Sequence record: OQ221542.1
Origin: Bacteroides phage PhiCrAssBcn7
Reading direction: 5' to 3' (one strand)
DNA: 40,000 bases
Positions 26,490-32,750 of the stretch are shown one piece after another (position 1 is the first letter of the stretch; the number at the start of each line of letters is the position of its first letter). The notes under the pieces are model-generated. The model was not told where the DNA came from. It saw only the letters and a list, made by a program, of their open reading frames with translations, and did not search any database. A program made the position numbers and the translations under genes.

Positions 26490-26878
26490 AATGGTTAAGT
26501 AACTTCTTACTTTGGTTGTGGCAATTCCCGCAGAATTATATAGCATTCTTGGTCTATAGTTGCTTAGGATATTTGTGTTATTATGGCAAGGAATACTATG
26601 GAAGGCATGTAATTTACAGCAATTATATTGCATCAAGTTTTTCATTAGGTGATTATATCTTTGCTCTTCCTAATTCTACTGATAAGTCTTTGAAGCATGA
26701 ATTAGGTCACTCATACCAGTCTCAGTTATTAGGATGGTTGTATATTCCAGTGATAGTTATCCCCTCAGTCTTACATAATTTATATTGTGGGATTGTAAGA
26801 AAGATGGGGTATAGACCTAATTATTATAGCTTCTACACAGAGAAATGGGCAGATAAATTGGTTGAGAAAGTGGGGTAA
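26486..26878 (+). CDS. Membrane-associated HExxH protein
   Basis: LKHELGHSYQSQLLGWLYIPVIVIPSV...EKWADKL. Confidence 0.55.
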   Translation: MKWLSNFLLWLWQFPQNYIAFLVYSCLGYLCYYGKEYYGRHVIYSNYIASSFSLGDYIFALPNSTDKSLKHELGHSYQSQLLGWLYIPVIVIPSVLHNLYCGIVRKMGYRPNYYSFYTEKWADKLVEKVG

Positions 26879-26965
26879 TTCTTTATTGATTACCCTCTTC
26901 CACCTTATTATTCTAATTCACTTCTGGAGTATTTTCATATTATCTTGAAAATAATTAGTGAAAGA

Positions 26966-26997
26966 TTTGCATATCTCAAATATTTGACTTATCTTTG
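26966..26997 (+). promoter_or_regulatory. Bacteroidales-type promoter of the tRNA array
   Basis: TTTG-N20-TATCTTTG 26 nt before the first tRNA. Confidence 0.8.
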
Positions 26998-27022
26998 CAT
27001 CATGATTAGAAGATAAGAACAT

Positions 27023-27094
27023 TGTTCCATAGTATAATGGTTATTACACCTGATTTTGGCTCAAGTAATGTAGGTTCAATTCCTGCTGGAACAA
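27023..27094 (+). tRNA. tRNA-Gln(TTG)
   Basis: TGTTCCA/TGGAACA, loop TTTTGGC, T loop TTCAATT. Confidence 0.85.
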
Positions 27095-27101
27095 CTATTA
27101 T

Positions 27102-27173
27102 GCCCTCTTAGTACAATGGATAGTACATGAGTCTTCTAAACTTAGAATGATAGTTCGATTCTATCAGGGGGTA
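27102..27173 (+). tRNA. tRNA-Arg(TCT)
   Basis: GCCCTCT/AGGGGGT, loop CTTCTAA. Confidence 0.92.
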
Positions 27174-27254
27174 CTTTTGAAGGTGGATTTTTTTTTTGTT
27201 TCATGATTTTTAAAGATTGGACTATCTGGTCTGTGAAGATAGGATAGTCAAAAT

Positions 27255-27327
27255 GGTGGGTTAGTATAGTGGTTAGTACACAAGGTTTTCAACCTTGCAG
27301 AGAGGGGTTCAAATCCCCTACCCATTA
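27255..27327 (+). tRNA. tRNA-Glu(TTC)
   Basis: CAAGG-TTTTCAA-CCTTG anticodon arm, T arm AGGGG-TTCAAAT-CCCCT. Confidence 0.92.
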
Positions 27328-27332
27328 CAAAT

Positions 27333-27406
27333 AGTCTATTGGTGTAGAGGTTTAACATGCCACACTGTCAATGTGGAGATGGAGGGTTCAATTCCCTCAT
27401 AGACTG
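27333..27406 (+). tRNA. tRNA-Asp(GTC)
   Basis: AGTCTAT/ATAGACT, CCACA-CTGTCAA-TGTGG. Confidence 0.95.
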
Positions 27407-27447
27407 CCCTGAACTAAGTCCTATCTCAAAGAGTTGAGTAGGCAAAT

Positions 27448-27532
27448 GGAGAGATAACTCAGTGGGACTGGGAACTGTCTTGAAAACAGATTGGTCATTT
27501 ATTTGGCTGGGGGTCGGGACCTCATTTCTCCG
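27448..27532 (+). tRNA. tRNA-Ser(TGA)
   Basis: GGAGAGA/TTTCTCC, CTTGAAA loop, long variable arm; atypical T loop. Confidence 0.8.
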
Positions 27533-27536
27533 CATT

Positions 27537-27734
27537 ATGGTACAGATATTTAGAAAACAAGGTTGGATTCTTAATCCTAATGATAAGATAGTGAATGCTA
27601 TCTTGAAAAGATGTGAGATTAATAATGGTGAGTGTCCCTGTCATAATACAGGAGAGGATAAGAAATGTCCCTGTAGTGACTATAGGGAAAATGATAAATG
27701 CCATTGTGGTTTATATGTTAAATTGGAGGATTAA
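27537..27734 (+). CDS. Ferredoxin:thioredoxin reductase catalytic-like domain protein (start moved from the ORF-track start)
   Basis: GECPCHNTGEDKKCPCSDYRENDKCHCGLYVK, i.e. CPC...CPC-x8-CHC signature; MVQIFRKQG start follows tRNA-Ser. Confidence 0.75.
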   Translation: MVQIFRKQGWILNPNDKIVNAILKRCEINNGECPCHNTGEDKKCPCSDYRENDKCHCGLYVKLED

Positions 27735-27811
27735 CCCTAATGGTAAGGGAACTGTTTGCTAAACAGTGAGTAGTCTGAAAGGATGTATAGGTTCAAATCC
27801 TATATCCTCCG
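27725..27811 (+). tRNA. tRNA-Ser(GCT)
   Basis: GGAGGAT/ATCCTCC, loop TTGCTAA, long variable arm; 5' end overlaps the upstream CDS stop. Confidence 0.92.
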
Positions 27812-27985
27812 CATTAGTACTCAGGCTTCTTCCAGAGTATGGCTTCTCTGAGTAGAAGTAGCACACATACATTGGTAGCCCAAATGGAGTTTATAATTAA
27901 TAGCTTAATACTTAAGCTCTTTTAAGTTAATGATTATAGGGAGTCATAGTACAGCAGGCTCTACACTAATGGTGCTGTACAAAAT

Positions 27986-28058
27986 ATAGTAGTAGCCTAA
28001 TGGGTGGGGCACTGCATTTGGGATGCAGAGGATGGAAGTTCGAGTCTTCTCTACTATA
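27986..28058 (+). tRNA. tRNA-Pro(TGG)
   Basis: ATAGTAG/CTACTAT, CTGCA-TTTGGGA-TGCAG. Confidence 0.93.
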
Positions 28059-28131
28059 CTATTAGTTTTCACAGAGAGAGCTAAGAATGGAAGTTAAGGA
28101 GTTGTAACCAAATAAAAATAAACTCCAGCAT

Positions 28132-28205
28132 GGGTCATGTAGTGTAATTGGCTAACACATCACATTTGCACTGTGAAGTTGGGGTTCAAGTCCCACATGT
28201 ATCCA
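28132..28205 (+). tRNA. tRNA-Ala(TGC), irregular acceptor/T-arm junction
   Basis: TCACA-TTTGCAC-TGTGA; GGGTCATG pairs with CATG(T)ATCC with one bulge and G3.U-type pair. Confidence 0.75.
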
Positions 28206-28274
28206 CTGTTTCATGTTTTCATAATGTTTGTTTTTTTTTTTACAGGTATTGGGCACACCTTAAGTGCCCTACAC

Positions 28275-28348
28275 TGCTCCTTAGTTCAGTGGTTTAGAAT
28301 AGCACTTTTACACAGTGAAGGTCATTAGTTCGATTCTAATAGGAGCAA
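28275..28348 (+). tRNA. tRNA-Val(TAC)
   Basis: TGCTCCT/AGGAGCA, GCACT-TTTACAC-AGTG. Confidence 0.93.
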
Positions 28349-28423
28349 CATTTAGACACTACTACAGTTAACAGTAAATCAATATATGCTGTAGATATAT
28401 TGGTTGAATGGTGTCTATCTAAT

Positions 28424-28495
28424 GGGTTGTTAGCTCAATGGTGGAGCAAGTGGCTGTTAACCACGAGGCTATAGGTTCGAGTCCTATACTTCCCG
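28424..28495 (+). tRNA. tRNA-Asn(GTT)
   Basis: GTGG-CTGTTAA-CCAC, T arm ATAGG-TTCGAGT-CCTAT; acceptor has two T.T mismatches. Confidence 0.88.
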
Positions 28496-28514
28496 CAGAT
28501 TTAAAGTAGAAGTC

Positions 28515-28847
28515 ATGAAAGAGATTAGAAGTAAAATGATTGTTGAGGATAGAAGTAAGGTGAAAGCAGTTCACTTTAAATATCCTGAAATGATGAGTGA
28601 GAATGCTCAGGAAGAGATTAAGAATAATTATAATGAATTATTATCTCTTGAAGAGGAACTCTATAGTGCAAGAGAAGTTGTGAGAGAGTTAGAAAAGAAA
28701 CTCACAGAAAAGAAAAAGAAGTTTGATGAAAAGACTTTATTGTGTACATTAGAGTTTGAAACAAGTGAGAAAGATATAGTGAACTATGAATCTCATGTAC
28801 TATTCAAGGGTATGGGTAATGATACATTAGGTCATTATAGTACTTAA
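28515..28847 (+). CDS. Coiled-coil hypothetical protein inside the tRNA array
   Basis: 110 aa charged helical ORF (MKEIRSKMIVEDRSKVKAVHF...). Confidence 0.6.
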   Translation: MKEIRSKMIVEDRSKVKAVHFKYPEMMSENAQEEIKNNYNELLSLEEELYSAREVVRELEKKLTEKKKKFDEKTLLCTLEFETSEKDIVNYESHVLFKGMGNDTLGHYST

Positions 28848-28850
28848 TAT

Positions 28851-28921
28851 GTATCCTTAGTTTAATGGTAGAATGTTGCTCTCCAAAAGCAAAGGTAGTA
28901 GTTCGATTCTATTAGGATATG
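28851..28921 (+). tRNA. tRNA-Trp(CCA)
   Basis: GTATCCT/AGGATAT, TTGCT-CTCCAAA-AGCAA. Confidence 0.92.
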
Positions 28922-28928
28922 CTTAAAT

Positions 28929-29000
28929 TGGTACATCTTCTAAAGGTTAGGAAACATCTCTGATAAGGATGCAATCACAGTTCAATTCTGTGTGTACCAA
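28929..29000 (+). tRNA. tRNA-Ile(GAT)
   Basis: TGGTACA/TGTACCA, CATCT-CTGATAA-GGATG. Confidence 0.9.
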
Positions 29001-29007
29001 CTTATAT

Positions 29008-29080
29008 TCTGATATACTTCAATAGGTAGAAGGCTGCTCTCATAAGGCAGTAGTTATAGGTTCAAGTCCTATTATCAGAA
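29008..29080 (+). tRNA. tRNA-Met(CAT) (elongator or Ile2)
   Basis: TCTGATA/TATCAGA, CTGCT-CTCATAA-GGCAG. Confidence 0.92.
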
Positions 29081-29082
29081 CT

Positions 29083-29156
29083 GTGTTAGTATTTTAATTG
29101 GTCAGAAGTCCTGACTGTGAATCAGGAGGGTATGGGTTCAAATCCCATCTAACACC
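29083..29156 (+). tRNA. tRNA-His(GTG)
   Basis: GTGTTAG/CTAACAC, CCTGA-CTGTGAA-TCAGG, C73. Confidence 0.92.
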
Positions 29157-29163
29157 CCAATAT

Positions 29164-29237
29164 GCTGAGGTAGCACAAGTGGTAAATGCAGATGGCTTAT
29201 ATCCATAAGATAGTGGGTTCAAATCCTACCCTCAGTA
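29164..29237 (+). tRNA. tRNA-Ile(TAT)
   Basis: GCTGAGG/CCTCAGT, loop CTTATAT; anticodon assignment by position. Confidence 0.75.
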
Positions 29238-29243
29238 CTATTC

Positions 29244-29316
29244 CTCCAGTTGTCTGAATGGTTTAGGTCCCAGTCTGCAAAACTGTGGTATGGGAGTTCA
29301 AGTCTCCCACTGGAGT
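29244..29316 (+). tRNA. tRNA-Cys(GCA)
   Basis: CTCCAGT/ACTGGAG, loop CTGCAAA. Confidence 0.9.
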
Positions 29317-29325
29317 CTTATTAAA

Positions 29326-29400
29326 TACCTCTATAGCTGAATGGTTAAAGCTGCTCCCTCTTAAGGAGAAGATTCTAAGTTCGATTCTTAGTGGAGGTAC
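29326..29400 (+). tRNA. tRNA-Lys(CTT)
   Basis: TACCTCT/GGAGGTA, CTCC-CTCTTAA-GGAG. Confidence 0.9.
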
Positions 29401-29404
29401 ATAT

Positions 29405-29476
29405 TCCCCTATAGCAGACAGGTGTAGGCAATAGACTTTTAATCTATGAGGTGAGGTTCAATTCCTCATGGGGGAA
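29405..29476 (+). tRNA. tRNA-Lys(TTT)
   Basis: TCCCCTA/TGGGGGA, ATAGA-CTTTTAA-TCTAT. Confidence 0.92.
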
Positions 29477-29486
29477 CAAATATAAT

Positions 29487-29581
29487 GGGTACATAACATC
29501 AGCAGACTGTAAATCTGCCCTCCTTTATCAAATTGATGTAATGGACTTTGGAGTAGGGGAGTTCGAGTCTCTCTGTGCCCA
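29487..29581 (+). tRNA. tRNA-Tyr(GTA), non-canonical D arm
   Basis: GGGTACA/TGTGCCC, GCAGA-CTGTAAA-TCTGC, T arm GGGAG-TTCGAGT-CTCTC; only 6 nt between TA(8-9) and the anticodon stem. Confidence 0.8.
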
Positions 29582-29582
29582 C

Positions 29583-29643
29583 TTTGGTTTCTTCTCCTTG
29601 TCAGGGAAGAGTAATAGTCTGTAGTTACATGCAGGCTTCCAAA
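29583..29643 (+). ncRNA. Small three-way-junction RNA candidate in tRNA spacer
   Basis: TTTGG/CCAAA enclosing CTTCTC/GGGAAG and AGTCTG/CAGGCT hairpins. Confidence 0.4.
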
Positions 29644-29647
29644 TAAT

Positions 29648-29723
29648 GGAGATTTGGTGTAGGTGGTTATTTGCACGATAGTCTGAAAAACTATAGGCTT
29701 AAGTTCAATTCTTAGAGTCTCCA
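29648..29723 (+). tRNA. tRNA-Phe(GAA)
   Basis: GGAGATT/AGTCTCC, ATAGT-CTGAAAA-ACTAT. Confidence 0.93.
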
Positions 29724-29734
29724 CAATTTATAAT

Positions 29735-29823
29735 GCCCCTTTGGTGGAATTTGGTAGACACTCTGGATTTAGGCTCCAGTGCGAAGTAATAGTAGTGTAA
29801 GAGTTCGAGTCTCTTAGGGGGTA
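29735..29823 (+). tRNA. tRNA-Leu(TAG)
   Basis: GCCCCTT/AGGGGGT, CTGGA-TTTAGGC-TCCAG, long variable arm. Confidence 0.92.
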
Positions 29824-29898
29824 CAAAAAAAAAATATGCAGATTTACTTGCATATATAAATTATAATACATATCTTTGTAACATCAAATTAAAACAAC

Positions 29899-30348
29899 AT
29901 GATAGATACATTTGGAGACAATCTATTAGAAGGTTTTGAATATGAATCTCCTTCACATGAAGGAAATCAATTTAAAGACTTTCTTTGTGTACTTGAAGGA
30001 TTCAAGACTAAGTTTAAGAATCTTCATTGGTCAGCATATAGCAATTCAATCCATGTAAGGGTTGATGAACTTATTGATAAAATATCTGATTATCAAGACA
30101 TTCTTGCAGAAGAAGTTCAAGGTATTCAGGGACAGTTTGAACCAAACTTCCTTAAAGGAACTAACTTTGATTTCACTTGTCCTCATGAGGCAATTGATAA
30201 CTTGATAAGTAGAACTGATACTTTTTATTCTAAGTTACCTCAGTCTTCTGACTTTGCTGGAGTTAGAAGTGAGTGTGAAGCCTTCATCACCAATCTTCAC
30301 AAGTATAGATACTTGTTTGATTTATGTAGAAGAGGTGCAATGGATTAA
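29899..30348 (+). CDS. Possible Dps/ferritin-like four-helix protein inside the tRNA array
   Basis: KNLHWSAYSNSIHVRVDELIDKISDYQDILAEEVQG resembles the Dps LHW helix. Confidence 0.5.
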   Translation: MIDTFGDNLLEGFEYESPSHEGNQFKDFLCVLEGFKTKFKNLHWSAYSNSIHVRVDELIDKISDYQDILAEEVQGIQGQFEPNFLKGTNFDFTCPHEAIDNLISRTDTFYSKLPQSSDFAGVRSECEAFITNLHKYRYLFDLCRRGAMD

Positions 30349-30350
30349 AT

Positions 30351-30426
30351 GGCTCAGTGGTGCAACTTGGTAGACACAACAGGTTTAAGCCCTGTAAAAG
30401 TGAGGGTTCGACCCCCTCTTGAGCTA
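30351..30426 (+). tRNA. tRNA-Leu(TAA), CCA encoded
   Basis: GGCTCAG/TTGAGCT, ACAGG-TTTAAGC-CCTGT, genomic CCA after discriminator. Confidence 0.9.
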
Positions 30427-30433
30427 CCATAAT

Positions 30434-30504
30434 GGGTTTGTAGTTTAATGGTAAAACACTGCTCTTGTAAAGCAGATTTCTCAGTTCAATTCTGGGCATT
30501 CCCT
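30434..30504 (+). tRNA. tRNA-Thr(TGT)
   Basis: CTGCT-CTTGTAA-AGCAG, T loop TTCAATT; acceptor has two T.T mismatches. Confidence 0.88.
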
Positions 30505-30517
30505 CAAATATTAAAAT

Positions 30518-30589
30518 GCAGGTGTCGTATAAAGGTTAGTATAGGAGATTTCCAATCTTCTGGTTAGAGTTCGATTCTCTTCACCTGCT
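30518..30589 (+). tRNA. tRNA-Gly(TCC)
   Basis: GCAGGTG/CACCTGC, loop TTTCCAA. Confidence 0.9.
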
Positions 30590-30597
30590 CTATAAAT

Positions 30598-30684
30598 CGC
30601 GAGGTAGTGTAATGGCAACATGTGTGGCTCATAACCACAAGAAGCAGTAATACTGTGTTGGAAGTTCGAGTCTTCCCTTCGCAA
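30598..30684 (+). tRNA. tRNA with CAT anticodon, C1.A72 mismatch and long variable arm (fMet-like)
   Basis: CGCGAGG vs CTTCGCA with unpaired C1/A72, TGTGG-CTCATAA-CCACA, variable region containing CAGT-AAT-ACTG. Confidence 0.82.
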
Positions 30685-30703
30685 CTAAATTAAAGTGAAT
30701 AAT

Positions 30704-30853
30704 ATGAAAGAGGAGAAGACATTAATCACTTGTATTATAGGCTCTACAGTTAGAGAAGTAATCAAGCAAGCTCAAGAGCTTGAAATTAAAAGAGAAGATA
30801 TAGTAAACATGTTTCCTTTAGGAGGACAGATTTACTTAGTATTTTATAAGTAA
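30704..30853 (+). CDS. Small ORF, MKEEKTLITCIIGSTVREVIKQAQELEIKREDIVNMFPLGGQIYLVFYK
   Basis: 49-aa open frame filling a gap just after the tRNA array. Confidence 0.55.
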   Translation: MKEEKTLITCIIGSTVREVIKQAQELEIKREDIVNMFPLGGQIYLVFYK

Positions 30854-30867
30854 AAACAACTGGCATT

Positions 30868-31116
30868 ATGGAAGAGAAGAAGACAAAAGAACCTCAGTAC
30901 AATGAACCTAAGATGATGTTACATCTTGCTATTTATAGTGCTGTTGGTAAATACAAGAGTATTAGAAGAGCTATCAGAAAAGGTCATGTAACATCTTGGG
31001 GAGAGGAAGTTCCAAAGAGACCTTTCAATAATAGAAAGAGGACCTCTGGTAGGGAGTTACAGATTACTAAAGAGAAGATTTATGGAGAACTTAAGTACAG
31101 AAGTCAAGCAGTTTGA
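30868..31116 (+). CDS. Hypothetical basic protein
   Basis: 82 aa ORF. Confidence 0.6.
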   Translation: MEEKKTKEPQYNEPKMMLHLAIYSAVGKYKSIRRAIRKGHVTSWGEEVPKRPFNNRKRTSGRELQITKEKIYGELKYRSQAV

Positions 31117-31315
31117 GCTTGAGACTCCCAAAGAAGAATATAATAATATACCTGTTGTATATTGTAAGCATTGTCTTTCATTAGCAATAATGAATTTAGA
31201 TGACATAGATTACTGTGACAAATGTGGTGGAACTGAAACTGGTGAGGCACACATACATGAATGGGAGAAAATGTATGGACAAAAGTATGGTGGAAATTAT
31301 CTAACAGAAAAATAA
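31082..31315 (+). CDS. Small zinc-ribbon-like protein
   Basis: VVYCKHCLSLAI...YCDKCGG. Confidence 0.6.
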   Translation: MENLSTEVKQFELETPKEEYNNIPVVYCKHCLSLAIMNLDDIDYCDKCGGTETGEAHIHEWEKMYGQKYGGNYLTEK

Positions 31316-31317
31316 AG

Positions 31318-31647
31318 ATGGAAGAGAAGAATAAAATGAAAGTTGTAAAGGGTGGCAAAGATACTCCAGAAGTGAGAAAGCTAAGTTATGAAGAACTGGA
31401 GAATACTGCACATCAGTTGTCTGAACAAAGCAGACAGTTATATATGCAGAATCAGAAGTTAAGTCAGGCTTTACAAGAAGCTAATCTTGCTAACTTCTAT
31501 GAAAGATTGAAGTGGCTATGGACAGTAATTACTTCTACTACACCTTATATCTCAGAGGAGTTCAAGCAGAAGTGTGGTGCAGAATTTGAAGTACTAATGA
31601 CTCAACCTGAACAGGAACCTGAGGAAGAAGTAAAGGAAGGAGAATAA
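31318..31647 (+). CDS. Coiled-coil hypothetical protein (start moved from the ORF-track start)
   Basis: MEEKNKMKVVKGG...; starts directly after the upstream stop. Confidence 0.6.
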   Translation: MEEKNKMKVVKGGKDTPEVRKLSYEELENTAHQLSEQSRQLYMQNQKLSQALQEANLANFYERLKWLWTVITSTTPYISEEFKQKCGAEFEVLMTQPEQEPEEEVKEGE

Positions 31648-31650
31648 ACT

Positions 31651-32034
31651 ATGGCTAAGCAAGTGGATTCAATAGTTAGGATTCCTTGCAAGGTAGATGG
31701 TAAGTTCTTTAGATATTGGTTTGAATTCTTACAACCTTTTCATAACTTGACTGAGAGAGAAATGGATGTCATTACTTCATTTGTGAAGCAAAGATATGAA
31801 CTCAGCAAGGTCATTAAAGATAATGAGATACTTGATAAGGTTACTATGAGTGAAGATACTAAGAAGAAAGTAAGGGAAGAGTGTGATATATCTCTTCCTC
31901 ACTTTCAAGTCATCATGGGTAAGTTAAGAAAGAATAAGGTCATCATTGATGGGAAGATAAACCCAAGATACATTCCATCAGTAGATGAAGAGAATGGTTC
32001 ATTCAAGATGATGTTATTATTTGATTTCTCATGA
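31651..32034 (+). CDS. Hypothetical structural-block protein
   Basis: 127 aa ORF upstream of terminase. Confidence 0.65.
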   Translation: MAKQVDSIVRIPCKVDGKFFRYWFEFLQPFHNLTEREMDVITSFVKQRYELSKVIKDNEILDKVTMSEDTKKKVREECDISLPHFQVIMGKLRKNKVIIDGKINPRYIPSVDEENGSFKMMLLFDFS

Positions 32035-32330
32035 TATACTCAGAAGCAATAAAACAGGTATCCATAGAACTTGGATTACCACCACAAGTGGTGAAGGAAG
32101 CCTATGAGTCCTATTGGACTTTTATTAGGAATAACATCAAAGCCTTGCCTCTAAAGGAAGACCTAAGCAAAGAGGAGTTTGATAAGTTGAGAACCAATTT
32201 CAATGTCCCATCATTAGGTAAATTATCCTGTACCTATGATAGGTTTATAGGAATCAAGAAAAGATTAAAATATTTAAATAAGCTAAAAGATGATTACAAC
32301 AATAAAGAAGGTGAAGCCCATGTTCAATAA
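32031..32330 (+). CDS. Hypothetical structural-block protein
   Basis: 99 aa ORF overlapping the previous gene by 4 nt. Confidence 0.65.
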   Translation: MIYSEAIKQVSIELGLPPQVVKEAYESYWTFIRNNIKALPLKEDLSKEEFDKLRTNFNVPSLGKLSCTYDRFIGIKKRLKYLNKLKDDYNNKEGEAHVQ

Positions 32331-32700
32331 CATGGTAGTCACTTTAAATAAATATCCTACTGACCTAAAGACTACTGGTGGTATTATAGATAGTACCAGA
32401 GCTGGTTCAGTAAAAGAATATCAGACAGTAGTAGCTGTTGGACCAATGGTGAGGGGTATTGAAGTAGGAGATATAGTATATATCAATCCAAAAAGATATG
32501 CAGTAATGCAACATAAACCCGGCTCATTGCAAGATGGTGTTATTAAAGATAATCCTGTAGTAGGATATAAGTTTGACATCATGGAGATTGATGGAGTTGA
32601 GCACATGATGATTCAAGATGGAGATGTAAAATTTGTAGCAGAGATTGAGGAATTTGAAGAAAATCCTACTATTGTTACAGGACCACAACTTATAGTATAA
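32290..32700 (+). CDS. GroES/Cpn10-like protein
   Basis: VVTLNKYPTDLKTTGGIIDSTRAGSVKEYQTVVAVGPMVRGIEVGDIVYINPKRY follows the co-chaperonin beta-barrel pattern. Confidence 0.6.
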   Translation: MITTIKKVKPMFNNMVVTLNKYPTDLKTTGGIIDSTRAGSVKEYQTVVAVGPMVRGIEVGDIVYINPKRYAVMQHKPGSLQDGVIKDNPVVGYKFDIMEIDGVEHMMIQDGDVKFVAEIEEFEENPTIVTGPQLIV

Positions 32701-32704
32701 ATAT

Positions 32705-32737
32705 AAGCCTGAGCCTATCAAAGGCTTGGGCTTTTTT
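32705..32737 (+). terminator. Intrinsic terminator
   Basis: AAGCCTGAGCCT-ATCAA-AGGCTTGGGCTT (12 bp with G.U) followed by TTTT. Confidence 0.85.
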
Positions 32738-32750
32738 AGTTTTAAGCAGT

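Noticed and set aside
26156-26645. Minus-strand ORFs 26156..26422 and 26454..26645
   Set aside because: Antisense to the structured RNA candidate and the plus-strand genes; no motif.
27462-27536. N-terminal extension of the 27462..27734 ORF
   Set aside because: It reads through tRNA-Ser(TGA); the ATG at 27537 gives the clean FTR-like protein.
28251-28269. GGGCAC/GTGCCC hairpin as terminator
   Set aside because: No T-run follows on the plus strand; the T-tract lies upstream, so it is only a hairpin.
29458-30499. ORFs 29458..29724 and 30287..30499 on the minus strand
   Set aside because: Antisense translations of tRNA genes (conserved RTRTPL / EPFNPLHL-type strings come from T loops), a common artefact.
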